Numbered from the stretch's first letter, positions 16,893-25,692 are shown. The stretch: DNA of 64,000 bases from an uncultured Bdellovibrionales bacterium (GCA_964384235.1 CAYLJX010000005.1:5289-69288), one strand, 5' to 3'. Program-made: numbers and translations. The notes: a model not told the origin generated them from the sequence alone.

Positions 16893-19436
16893 TCAGAAGT
16901 CCACTTTGATATCCTTCTTGTCCTTCGCTTTGTTTCCATTATCATCCTCCAGTTCCACTTCTATCGTCAGCGTCGTGTGGTTCTTGTCCGCAGGAACGTT
17001 GTAGGAGACGGAATAGGGCTTGGAACCGGTCGAACCGGCATCGGAACCGTCGACGGTATACTTCACCCGTTTGACACCGTACGGGGCATCGACACTTGAA
17101 CTGAGAGCGAAAGAAGCGCTGTTACTGTCCCCGACAGTGAGTTTGACGGATGGTTGGTAGTCCTTGAAATCATCTTCCTTACACTCGTCTTTGGGCGGTT
17201 CGGCGAGGACGACGTCCTTTTTCTTGTCATACCAGTCCTCGACGCCTTTTTCCCAGTTCTTGTACTGTGCGTCGCGATCCGGTTTTTCCGGGATGGGTCC
17301 GCGCGGGTTCTCCCGATTGACATAAAAGAGGATGTCGTGGTCGCTGATGAAATCCTTCTTGTCTACGTCCTTGTCCCGGCAGTACTTGTTGGCCAGGCAG
17401 TATTTGTCATCCTCATCCGGAATCTCGCATACTTTCAAGTCTTCTTCCATCTCGAGCTTGCCATTGAGCATCGGTTTGTTGATTTTTCCGTCCTCATCCC
17501 CGATCTCATCGTCGGAATCGTACTTGGGAAATCCTTCCATGGCGTAGTTTCCGAGGGTCTTGTCCAGGAAGGCCCGCCAGATAGGGGCGGCGACATTGAC
17601 ACCGTCGGCCCCGGCCGCCATCGCGGAATTGTCGTTGTTGCCGGCCCAGACGCCGACCGCGAGTCCGGGAGTGTATCCGATCGTCCAGCCGTCACGGAAC
17701 TCGTTGGTCGTACCGGTCTTGGCGGCCACGGCCCGGTTGTCGAAGCGCAGCGGATTATTCTCGCCGAACACCCATGCCCGATTCTCATTGTTCGACATGA
17801 CCGAATCAAGCATCGCCACATATTTTTCCTCCACGACCCGTTCTCCGGCATCCGTTTTGAATTCTTCCACGAGGTTTCCTTTAGGATCCTCGATGCGGAG
17901 AATAGCGGTTTTTTGATGCTTGATTCCGCCGGTGGCAAGCGTGCTGTAGGCGCTCACATGATCGAGAAGCTTCACTTCGCCACCGCCCAAGACGAGTGAG
18001 AGTCCGAGACGATCGGGGGAATTGAGTCCGGTGATGCCGAGGTTTTTAGCCATTTGGATAGCGTCTTTGACACCGACCAGGTAGAGGGTCTTGACGGCCG
18101 GGATGTTGAGCGATCCGCCGAGCGCCTTGGCCATAGAGAGCGGACCGTGGAACTTCCCGTCGTAGTTGTTGGGTTCGTAGCTTTTCCCTTCAGCGGTCTC
18201 GAACTGGGTTTTGACGTCGTAGAGCATCGTTTCCGGGATGTAGCCTTTGGAAAAGGCGGTGAGATAGACATAGGGCTTGAAGGAAGAACCCGGCTGCCGG
18301 TCGCGGATGGCGACATTGACGTTGCCATCGATGCTTTCGTCGAAGTAGTCCTTGGAACCGACCATGGCGAGGATCTGACCGGTCTTGGGATCCATGGCGA
18401 CCAAGGCGGCGTTCGAGGCCTTCCATTTCTTGTTTTTTTCCGCTCCCTCACGCACCGCCTGTTCGGCGATCTGCTGTTTGTCCCAGTCGAGCGTGGTGAT
18501 GACCTTGTACCCGCCCTGTTCCACCGCGCTGTCACCGTACTTCTGTTGCAGATAGTCCTTGATGTACATGACGAAGTGCGGGGCGGCGATGATGTCCTTC
18601 TGAGGTTTGATCTTTTCAATGGTATTGGCATTGATGGCCTCGTTCATCTGCTCCTCGGTGATGTAGCCGAGCTTCTGCATCTGCTTGAGAGCAAAGGCTT
18701 GACGGCCGGAAAGGGCGTCGGTGTGCGATCCATACGGCGAATAGTAGGTCGTCGCCTGTGGGAGAGCGGCGAGGAGGGCCGCCTCGTCGAGGGTGAGTTC
18801 CCGGGCCGGTTTGCCGAAGAACGTCTGGGCAGCCGCCTCGATACCGTAGGCGTTGGAACCGTAGGGGATTTCGTTGAGATACATCGCCAAGATCTCATCC
18901 TTGGAGAACTTGGTCTCGATCTCGAGGGAGAGGATGGCTTCCTTCATCTTGCGGATGAGGGTCTTTTCGTTGGTGAGCAGGGAGTTTTTGACGAACTGCT
19001 GGGTGATGGTCGAACCGCCCTGGGTCTTGCCGAGCTGGACGATGTCCTTGAAGATCGAGCGCAGGATAGAGGTGATCTTGATACCGTGGTGGTTGTAGAA
19101 GTCCTGGTCCTCGAGGGAAAGGGTGGCGGCGCGGACGACCTCCGGGATATCCTTGAAATCGATGATGGTGCGCTTCTCCTCGCCGTGCACCTCATAGAGG
19201 AGGTGAGTGCCGGTCCGGTCATAGATCTTGGTCGATTCGGCGATGAAGCGCTTGTTGACGCTTCCCGGGCTGGGGAGGTCCTTGGCGATATACGCGAAGG
19301 CGCCGACGGTCGTGAGGAACCCGAGGGCGAAGAGAATGATCAGGGTTTTCCAGGCGATGCCCCAGAACTTCGATTTCGGCTTGTTTTCGGTGTTTGTTTC
19401 AAACTTCGGCCTTCTGTGGAAACGAAAAAAACGCAT
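16893..19436 (-). CDS. Class A penicillin-binding protein (transglycosylase/transpeptidase) with a C-terminal extension
   Basis: 847 aa; N-terminal TM helix; GT51 motifs (EDQDFYNHHGI, GGSTITQQ); transpeptidase SSFKP and KTGTT motifs; about 200 extra C-terminal residues, acidic and Ig-like. Confidence 0.9.
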   Translation of the reverse strand: MRFFRFHRRPKFETNTENKPKSKFWGIAWKTLIILFALGFLTTVGAFAYIAKDLPSPGSVNKRFIAESTKIYDRTGTHLLYEVHGEEKRTIIDFKDIPEVVRAATLSLEDQDFYNHHGIKITSILRSIFKDIVQLGKTQGGSTITQQFVKNSLLTNEKTLIRKMKEAILSLEIETKFSKDEILAMYLNEIPYGSNAYGIEAAAQTFFGKPARELTLDEAALLAALPQATTYYSPYGSHTDALSGRQAFALKQMQKLGYITEEQMNEAINANTIEKIKPQKDIIAAPHFVMYIKDYLQQKYGDSAVEQGGYKVITTLDWDKQQIAEQAVREGAEKNKKWKASNAALVAMDPKTGQILAMVGSKDYFDESIDGNVNVAIRDRQPGSSFKPYVYLTAFSKGYIPETMLYDVKTQFETAEGKSYEPNNYDGKFHGPLSMAKALGGSLNIPAVKTLYLVGVKDAIQMAKNLGITGLNSPDRLGLSLVLGGGEVKLLDHVSAYSTLATGGIKHQKTAILRIEDPKGNLVEEFKTDAGERVVEEKYVAMLDSVMSNNENRAWVFGENNPLRFDNRAVAAKTGTTNEFRDGWTIGYTPGLAVGVWAGNNDNSAMAAGADGVNVAAPIWRAFLDKTLGNYAMEGFPKYDSDDEIGDEDGKINKPMLNGKLEMEEDLKVCEIPDEDDKYCLANKYCRDKDVDKKDFISDHDILFYVNRENPRGPIPEKPDRDAQYKNWEKGVEDWYDKKKDVVLAEPPKDECKEDDFKDYQPSVKLTVGDSNSASFALSSSVDAPYGVKRVKYTVDGSDAGSTGSKPYSVSYNVPADKNHTTLTIEVELEDDNGNKAKDKKDIKVDF

Positions 19437-19547
19437 AGAAAATACAGTTAAGTGTCTCCATTACCAAGCGTAGCGAGCGAAACGAAGGCTTGTTTTCGTT
19501 TCCGAGCGAAGCGCCGGTAAAAACGGACCTGTCGTTATTGTATACCA

Positions 19548-19583
19548 TAAAACAAGCAAAAAGAGAAGCCGCGAGAGCTTCTC
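19548..19583 (-). terminator. Rho-independent terminator of the ATP-grasp operon
   Basis: Minus-strand AGAGAAGCucucgcgGCUUCUCUUUUUGCUUGUUUU directly after the stop at 19584. Confidence 0.6.
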
Positions 19584-20465
19584 TTATAAGGAGTGAAGCG
19601 AAGATTTTCCTGAATGTTTTTTTAGGGCATACTCGACGATGTGTTCGGCGGGGTTGATGCCGGTGGCTTTCTTGAACGCCTGCCACTGCGGAGTATGGTT
19701 GACTTCCAAAATGCTGTATCCGGAGGAGGTTTCCACGAGATCCACTCCGGAGACTTCGTATCCTAGCGTGGCAGTAGCCTGTCTGGCGATATCTTCCATT
19801 GCTGGGGTTGTTGCGATTGCCTCACTCTTTGCTCCAAGGGAAGCATTTGAACGTATGTCACTATCGAGTACATGTCGTCGGATGGCGCCGAGCACTTTGC
19901 TGCCGATAATAAAAATGCGGATATCGGAACGTATCGGCAGATATTCCTGAAAGAGGTGAGATCTGGAATGTTCCTTGAAAAAATCAAGGACCTCACCTTT
20001 CGTTTTGAGGAGCGAGATATCTTCCCCGCGAGCGCCATCAATCGGTTTGGCTATGAGCGGCAGACCAAGATGTTCCAGGGTTGTTTCAAGGATTTCAAGA
20101 GAGGACGTATAGAGGGTTTTCGGGTGTGGGAGTCCTGCACTTTGGAAAAGTTGCGCTTGGGAAGCTTTGTTGGCGATGTCCTTGGTGGCGACAGCATCAT
20201 CAACGATTGTTTTTTTTGCATGGAGCGCGGCGCGGCTGAGGATTCTTGCCAAGCGAAAGTTTTTCTCGAATCCGCGAAAGAGAAAGATGTCCGTTTCATC
20301 GAGAAGAGAGATGTCATTCCATATCACGCGGAAGGAATGGTCCTCCGAGAAGAATCCGATCTCGGAGAGGAGGGTGGTACGGGACTGATGGCCGGCCTTC
20401 TCTATCGCCTCGATGAGGTCGAGGGTGTTTTCCGATCGACGCGATCCGATGATGGTAAAGCGCAT
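19584..20465 (-). CDS. RimK-like ATP-grasp ligase (alpha-L-glutamate ligase family)
   Basis: Internal ATG (MRFTIIGSRRSEN) used as start; the track ORF begins at a TTG at 20642 that overlaps the upstream gene. RimK-like motifs: LPLIAKPIDGARGEDI, DIRIFIIGSKVLGAIRR, DIRSNASLGAK, GVDLVETSSGYSILEVNHTPQW. Confidence 0.7.
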   Translation of the reverse strand: MRFTIIGSRRSENTLDLIEAIEKAGHQSRTTLLSEIGFFSEDHSFRVIWNDISLLDETDIFLFRGFEKNFRLARILSRAALHAKKTIVDDAVATKDIANKASQAQLFQSAGLPHPKTLYTSSLEILETTLEHLGLPLIAKPIDGARGEDISLLKTKGEVLDFFKEHSRSHLFQEYLPIRSDIRIFIIGSKVLGAIRRHVLDSDIRSNASLGAKSEAIATTPAMEDIARQATATLGYEVSGVDLVETSSGYSILEVNHTPQWQAFKKATGINPAEHIVEYALKKHSGKSSLHSL

Positions 20466-20472
20466 AAGAATT

Positions 20473-21477
20473 TCAGAGCGAAAGACCGGGGAAGAGATCG
20501 TTGAGGAGGATTCCTGATATGTCGGTCGCTGTGCCCTCGACGAGCGGTTTTTCGTGCATGTTGTGGTAGGGGCGGGAATTGATTTCCAGAATGGTGTATT
20601 CTGATCTGCTGATATCCGGAGAAATGATGTCGATTCCGGCAAAGGTCAGACCGACCGCCTCGGTCGCGGCGATGCAGGCAGCCTTGGTGTCGGGATGGAC
20701 CTCGGATGTGCAGTCGATGGCGCGACCGCCGTCCGACATGTTGAGATTGTGTCGCAGGCGAAGCGTAGATCCTTTGGGAAGCACCGAACGGAAAGTCAGA
20801 TGCTCCTTTTTCAGGGTGGCCCTTACGGATTTGTCGATGCGTATCTCGAATCCCTTGTCACGTGTTTTATTGAAGGCTTGGATAAGTTCATCGATGGATG
20901 ATGTACCGTCGCCGATGACACTTGCCGGAACCTTGTTGACGCAGGCCAAGACCCTGTTTTTGAAGACGATGAGGCGGTATTCTTTTCCATCAACCATCTC
21001 TTCGACGATGAAGGGTGCCTTCCCCTTGTCTTTGGAAGCTTTTGAGAATTTCTGTGCCAAGGGAATAGCCTGCGCGAGTTCTTTCTGGGAGGAAATGTTC
21101 CAGGTGACTCCTCGGGCGAGCGATGAGTCCAGCGGTTTGCAGATGAGAGGGAAAGAAAGAGAAGACGTTTTTATTTTCCGTCTGCATTCCGAGAGCGAAG
21201 AAGCGACGATCCCTTTCGGGACGGAGATGCCGTTTTCCATCAGAACCGTTTTGGTGGCAAGCTTGTTGGTGACGGCTGCGTTGCCGTACCTCTTCGTAAG
21301 AGGGATATACCATTCGGTCGTAAAGATATCCTTCCCGTCGTAAGAGAGCTTGTATACTTTCGGTGCATCCATAAGGATCTCGACCGAAACCCCGAGCTCG
21401 AGAGCGCGGTTCATGAACGATCTGAATCCGCCGTGCTTGAAGCGTTTGATGTCTTCTTTGGTGAGTACTTTTTTCAT
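20473..21477 (-). CDS. Cyanophycin-synthetase-N-terminal-like ATP-grasp ligase
   Basis: Start taken at internal ATG (MKKVLTKEDI), 7 nt after the upstream stop. Strong resemblance to the CphA-type ATP-grasp: PASVIGDGTSSIDELI, LRLRHNLNMSDGGRAIDCTSEVHPDTKAACIAATEAVGLTFAGIDIISPDIS...ILEINSRPYHNMHEKP. Confidence 0.65.
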   Translation of the reverse strand: MKKVLTKEDIKRFKHGGFRSFMNRALELGVSVEILMDAPKVYKLSYDGKDIFTTEWYIPLTKRYGNAAVTNKLATKTVLMENGISVPKGIVASSLSECRRKIKTSSLSFPLICKPLDSSLARGVTWNISSQKELAQAIPLAQKFSKASKDKGKAPFIVEEMVDGKEYRLIVFKNRVLACVNKVPASVIGDGTSSIDELIQAFNKTRDKGFEIRIDKSVRATLKKEHLTFRSVLPKGSTLRLRHNLNMSDGGRAIDCTSEVHPDTKAACIAATEAVGLTFAGIDIISPDISRSEYTILEINSRPYHNMHEKPLVEGTATDISGILLNDLFPGLSL

Positions 21478-21484
21478 AATGGTC

Positions 21485-22897
21485 TTACTTGTGCTTATTC
21501 GTATCGATAAGAAATCTTCCCAGATTTTTCCGTCCGATGATGACAGGGTATTCCAGCTGTGATCGGTCGATGATCGATACGCGAGCGGGGATTTCCGCGC
21601 CGTCGAGAACAAAGGATATCTTCACCTTCGGTCGCATCGTGAAGCCGTTGGAGGAATAGGTGAATGCGATGCCGTCCAGGTCCGGGTGGGCATTCTTGTA
21701 TTTCGCATCGTACTGGTCCGAAACCTGTTTCAGTTCCTCGCGGTTTCCGGATTCCGGCTTCGGAATGGTCTCGAAAAACTCGAGCACCGAAGAAAATCCC
21801 AACTGTTTGGCGAGTTCGGTGTCGATGGAGGTGGAGTCGGCGCCGGTGTCGATCTTGGCCTCCACCTCGATCTCCTTGCCGTCCTTGCCGATGAGCTTCA
21901 CTTTCTCCACGGTGCCGATGACGCGCTTGCCGGAGAGCTCCTCGATTTCCTCCTCGATCTCGCCGCCGAAGATGTTTTTCGCGACGCGCATGCCGTGCTC
22001 GACGGATTTGATCTTGAGACCTTGGACGCGCGTGAGGCGTTCCTTGAGACCGGAGAGGTTGGCGAGCTGGATGGAGAGTCCCGGGCGGGCGTTGAGCTCG
22101 AGGATGACCGGGCCCTGTTCGCGGTCGATGGCGATGTCGGCGCCGAGGAAACCGAGGCCGGAGATCTCCTGTGCCTGGATGGCCATGCGGAGGATGTCTT
22201 TCCAGTAGGGGATCTTGATACCGGAGAGGACCAGGCGGGTGCCGGGGACGTATTCGATCAAGTGTCCCTTGCCGAGGATGGCGGTCGTCGTGGTGCCGGA
22301 GGCGAGGTCGATGCCGACCCCGACCGCACCCTGCTGAAGGTTCGCCTTGCCGTCGGAGGCACGCGTCGGGAGGCGAAGCATCGCCATGACGGGCACGCGG
22401 TTGAAGACGATGACGCGGATGTCGGGGATACCCTTGAAGGTGTAGGGCTTGAAGAGTTTCAGGAGCTTGAGACGTTCCTCGAAAAAGGCGACGTCGGGAG
22501 TGTTGGCGAGGGAGAAGGAACCGTCGAGGATGTTTCGGATATGGTTCTTGAGGTCCTCGATGGTGATGACGGTGCCGTCGGCCTTGATCCATCCATCGAC
22601 ACCGTTCTTCTTACGCGCGTAGACGACGAGGATGCCTTCACCGCCGAAGCCGCGATTGGGCTTGAGGGCGAAGCTGTTGGGTAGGGTCGACCAGTCGAAA
22701 CGTTCCAGTTCCTCATGGGTGCGGATCTTGCCGATCAGTCCGGAGACGCCCAAACCGTTTTTCTTGAGGATGCGTTTGCAGAGGAGTTTGTTGTCGGCGA
22801 TCTCCCGGCCATGCGCGCGGTTGTAGGAGCGGATGTAGGAGAGGTTCCGCGCGTTCATGCCGAGGAGGCCACGGCTTTTGGTGAAGAGTTCGAGCAT
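21485..22897 (-). CDS. Fusion: alpha-L-glutamate-ligase-related ATP-grasp (N-terminal) plus clan AA DTGA retropepsin-like protease domain (C-terminal)
   Basis: N-terminal LGMNARNLSYIRSYN...FALKPNRGFGGEGI...GADIAIDREQGPVILELNARPGLSIQ is ATP-grasp-like. The C-terminal ~150 aa carry the DTGA active-site signature (EAKIDTGADSTSID) and a ...VIIGRKNLGRFLIDT tail typical of DUF785/RimK-associated aspartic proteases. Confidence 0.65.
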   Translation of the reverse strand: MLELFTKSRGLLGMNARNLSYIRSYNRAHGREIADNKLLCKRILKKNGLGVSGLIGKIRTHEELERFDWSTLPNSFALKPNRGFGGEGILVVYARKKNGVDGWIKADGTVITIEDLKNHIRNILDGSFSLANTPDVAFFEERLKLLKLFKPYTFKGIPDIRVIVFNRVPVMAMLRLPTRASDGKANLQQGAVGVGIDLASGTTTTAILGKGHLIEYVPGTRLVLSGIKIPYWKDILRMAIQAQEISGLGFLGADIAIDREQGPVILELNARPGLSIQLANLSGLKERLTRVQGLKIKSVEHGMRVAKNIFGGEIEEEIEELSGKRVIGTVEKVKLIGKDGKEIEVEAKIDTGADSTSIDTELAKQLGFSSVLEFFETIPKPESGNREELKQVSDQYDAKYKNAHPDLDGIAFTYSSNGFTMRPKVKISFVLDGAEIPARVSIIDRSQLEYPVIIGRKNLGRFLIDTNKHK

Positions 22898-22961
22898 AGT
22901 CTAAAAAGACAAAAGGCAAGAGGCAGTAGGCAGGAGGGAGAAAAAGAATTCAACGTGCCTT

Positions 22962-23618
22962 TTAAAAGTTTCGCAAGATTTTTCGGAAGCGAAAATATTC
23001 TGTCAGTCGCAATCCCGTCCACTTGCCGAGGCCGAGGTTCACGAGGAACGTGAAGAGTACGGCCCACGGATACTGCAGGAAGAAGGTGGTGAGCGTTTCG
23101 GAACTCACGAGGAAGTAGCCGACGACAGAGATGATGAGCGTTTCGACGGCGAGGAGAAAGGCGACGCGCGTGCCCTTTTCGATCTGGGTGGCGACGAATT
23201 TTTCCGTGAGCGTGATCATGATGAGGAGGGGGAAGATGGAAACGGACGCCAGGCCGGTGCGCTGGAACATGCCGCCGAAGACGAGGATGCCGAGGATGGC
23301 GAGCGAGACGATGGAGAGAGTGATGGCGACGCGCGGGAGGTAGAGGAGGCGGAAGCGCCGCAGGGCGTAGCGCGAGAGCATTCCCACCAGGATGATGGCG
23401 ACAAAGATGGCGATGCCGTACTTCACGCCGTTCGGATCAAAGGCGAGCAGGGCGAACGTGATGATGGACGGCGTATAGATGCCGAAAGCCTTGATGCCGA
23501 CCACCTGGCGGAAGAAGGCGACGAGCGTGGCGATGACGGGCAGCATCAACAGGAGCTGTACCGTCTGGAGCGGCACGCCCTGTTCGACGAAGAAGAGGAT
23601 GAAAGGATGGTAGTCCAT
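22962..23618 (-). CDS. Polytopic (~6-7 TM) membrane protein, first gene of the ATP-grasp operon (7TM module of ATP-grasp/transglutaminase-type systems?)
   Basis: 218 aa from ATG 23618 (MDYHPF); almost entirely hydrophobic helices; position upstream of the ATP-grasp genes. Confidence 0.45.
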   Translation of the reverse strand: MDYHPFILFFVEQGVPLQTVQLLLMLPVIATLVAFFRQVVGIKAFGIYTPSIITFALLAFDPNGVKYGIAIFVAIILVGMLSRYALRRFRLLYLPRVAITLSIVSLAILGILVFGGMFQRTGLASVSIFPLLIMITLTEKFVATQIEKGTRVAFLLAVETLIISVVGYFLVSSETLTTFFLQYPWAVLFTFLVNLGLGKWTGLRLTEYFRFRKILRNF

Positions 23619-23735
23619 ATGCTTAAAAACTCGAAATACGAAACCCGAAATACTAAACAAATCCTAAAATCGAAGCGATAAATCCCAAATACTCGTTTAA
23701 AATTTCTGTTTTGAAATTTAGATTTTGTTTCGGAT

Positions 23736-24233
23736 TTAGGTATTCGAATTTCGGATTTTTTCCATCCTTCTCCTGCTCGCATGGCAGAGCGCGATGGCGA
23801 GGGCGTCGGCGGTATCGTCGGGCTTCGGGATGCTCGGGAGCTTCAGGACGCTCTTCACCATCAATTGTACCTGGGTTTTGTCCGCTCTCCCATAATTCGT
23901 CAAGGCCTGCTTGACTTCCAGGGGAGTGTAACCGGAAATACTAACACGTAAACGCTCCAATGTCAAGAGAATGACGCCGCGTGCCTGTGCTACTGAAATG
24001 GCGGTTTTTTGGTTGTTGAAGAAGAAGAGTTCTTCCACTCCCGCCTCTTCCGGCCGGTACTGATCGACGATGGCTCCGATATCGTCGGCGATTTCCGCGA
24101 GACGCTTCTCAAGGGGCAGATCTTTGGACGTCGAAATATGGCCGTAGGCGACCGAAACCGCCTTCCCGCCGTTTGTTTCGATGACGCCCCACCCCACCGT
24201 CGCCGTCCCCGGATCGATGCCTAAAATGCGCAT
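23736..24233 (-). CDS. ruvC: Holliday junction resolvase RuvC
   Basis: MRILGIDPGTATVGWGVIE... with catalytic D and E residues. Internal ATG at 24233 is used as start; the track start 24338 is an upstream extension. Confidence 0.85.
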   Translation of the reverse strand: MRILGIDPGTATVGWGVIETNGGKAVSVAYGHISTSKDLPLEKRLAEIADDIGAIVDQYRPEEAGVEELFFFNNQKTAISVAQARGVILLTLERLRVSISGYTPLEVKQALTNYGRADKTQVQLMVKSVLKLPSIPKPDDTADALAIALCHASRRRMEKIRNSNT

Positions 24234-24332
24234 AGACTTACTTATAATTGACAACAAGTCTAGGATAAGTCGAAAATATCTTCTTGTCATTCTTTTTGAG
24301 TAAAGAAGCGGTAGATCCTGTTTTTCTGATGT

Positions 24333-24364
24333 ACACAATCCATAACAACTGTTATGGATTGTGT
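24333..24364. promoter_or_regulatory. Perfect 15-2-15 inverted repeat, candidate operator (SOS/LexA-type?) upstream of ruvC
   Basis: ACACAATCCATAACA-ac-TGTTATGGATTGTGT lies 100 bp upstream of the ruvC start, in a divergent promoter region. Confidence 0.4.
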
Positions 24365-24453
24365 GAAGGAACTTTTTGGATAAGAGGATTTCCTTGAAGG
24401 AAAGGGTGGTTATTTAGTATAGTATCGATAGATAATGATTTATACCGCGTCGT

Positions 24454-24753
24454 ATGGAAATGGAAAAATTCTATTCCCGGAAGGCATATGAGAACGCGAA
24501 GGACGATCATGAGAGGGAAGAACTTCTTGATCTCGCACGAGAGGAAGCAAAGAAGATGAATGATGATTTAATGCGGCAAGAGAAGGCGGAGGAAATGGAG
24601 AAGGAGCACAGAACGCTCGATGATAAAGAAATACTGGGAGGACTGGAAGGGCCAATAGGTGACGATGAAGTGCAAGGGACAATGGACGACACTGGCACCC
24701 CTCTCTCGCCTGATGAAGAAAAAGGTCTCGATGATAAGAAGAAGGAAGAATGA
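24454..24753 (+). CDS. Small acidic hypothetical protein (Glu/Asp/Lys-rich)
   Basis: 99-aa ORF in a divergent intergenic region with its own downstream hairpin plus T-run (24763-24800); low-complexity composition. Confidence 0.35.
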   Translation: MEMEKFYSRKAYENAKDDHEREELLDLAREEAKKMNDDLMRQEKAEEMEKEHRTLDDKEILGGLEGPIGDDEVQGTMDDTGTPLSPDEEKGLDDKKKEE

Positions 24754-24830
24754 TGACACAAAAAGCTTCGACGAATACTGTCGGAGCCTTTTCTTTCTAA
24801 CAAGCTAACGAAGCTAGTGAAGCTAAAAAG

Positions 24831-25547
24831 CTAGTTTAGATTGTCCCACACCGTCTGGACATCTCCGTGGTCGTCGAGGGTCTCGCGGAGTTTCTCGTAC
24901 GTGGCGAGGTCGTCGTCCGAGAGGGTGACGGTCTGGGTGGGGAGGTAGCCGAGCTCGGCGGATTCCGGGGCCATGTTTTTTCCTTCGAAATACGTGCGGA
25001 CAGTCTGGAGGTTGTCTGGTTTGGTGACGACGAGAAAGACCTTGTCTTCGATCCGGAAGTCGTCGGCACCGGATTCGAGCGTCTCGTTCTCCAGTGTCTC
25101 GACGGGATACTTGTCCGTGTCGAAGGCGATGAGACCGTGGCGCGAAAATATGAAGGAGACCGATCCAGTGGGGACGAACTTGCCGCCGCCCTTGGTGAGG
25201 ATGTTCTTCACCTCGCTCACCGCGCGGTTCTTGTTGTCGGTGATGCATTCGATGAGGAGGGCGACCTGTCCGGGACCATACGCTTCGTAGGTGAGCTCCT
25301 CGAGGGCCGCGCCTTCCTTGAGCTCGCCGGTGCCGCGCTTGATGGCACGCTCGATATTCTCCTTGGGCATGTTGACGGCCCGGGCGTTGTCGATGACGAG
25401 GCGGAGCTTGAAGTTGGCATCAGGGTCGCCGCCCTCGCGCGCCGCGATGGTGATGAGACTCCCAAGCTTAGTGAAGACGGCCGCACGCTTGTTGTCCTGG
25501 GCTTCCTTTCTATGTTTGATACCTGACCACTTATTATGTCCTGACAT
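24831..25547 (-). CDS. yebC: YebC/PmpR family DNA-binding transcriptional regulator
   Basis: MSGHNKWSGIKHRKEAQDNKRAAVFTKL... is the canonical YebC N-terminus. Internal ATG 25547 is used; lies in a ruvC-yebC-ruvB neighbourhood. Confidence 0.9.
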   Translation of the reverse strand: MSGHNKWSGIKHRKEAQDNKRAAVFTKLGSLITIAAREGGDPDANFKLRLVIDNARAVNMPKENIERAIKRGTGELKEGAALEELTYEAYGPGQVALLIECITDNKNRAVSEVKNILTKGGGKFVPTGSVSFIFSRHGLIAFDTDKYPVETLENETLESGADDFRIEDKVFLVVTKPDNLQTVRTYFEGKNMAPESAELGYLPTQTVTLSDDDLATYEKLRETLDDHGDVQTVWDNLN

Positions 25548-25564
25548 ATTCTTGGCAGACTTGC

Positions 25565-25692
25565 CTATTTGGCGCATTCCTTCGTTGCAAGTTCCGGTGC
25601 GCGACGCCGTACTTGCATCAGTACGGCTCGGCGTGCCATCGGGCACCCCTCGCTTCGCTCCTCGCTTGCGCCTCGGACTGCATCCAAATATG
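25565..25692. repeat. Structured intergenic repeat, family A, copy 1
   Basis: CTATTTGGCGCATTCCTTCGTTGCAAGTTCCGGTGCGCGACGCCGTACTTGCATCAGTACGGC...CTTGCGCCTCGGACTGCATCCAAATATG is near-identical to 52334-52439 and has a diverged copy at 27963-28055. Confidence 0.6.

Noticed and set aside
18054-19451. 465-aa plus-strand ORF overlapping PBP1A
   Set aside because: Antisense to a well-supported PBP gene; repetitive Gly/Asp/Glu/Val composition; no independent promoter or SD.
20575-20585. Apparent one-base discrepancy between the displayed sequence and the ORF-track translations near 20580
   Set aside because: Coordinates on both sides, checked at 10427, 19584, 21612 and 32730, agree with the track. 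Most likely a reading slip on my part; track coordinates were used throughout.
21495-22592. 365-aa alternate-frame ORF, and a 332-aa antisense ORF at 21686-22684, inside the ATP-grasp/protease gene
   Set aside because: Arg/His/Pro-rich nonsense composition. The main frame carries clear ATP-grasp and DTGA motifs.
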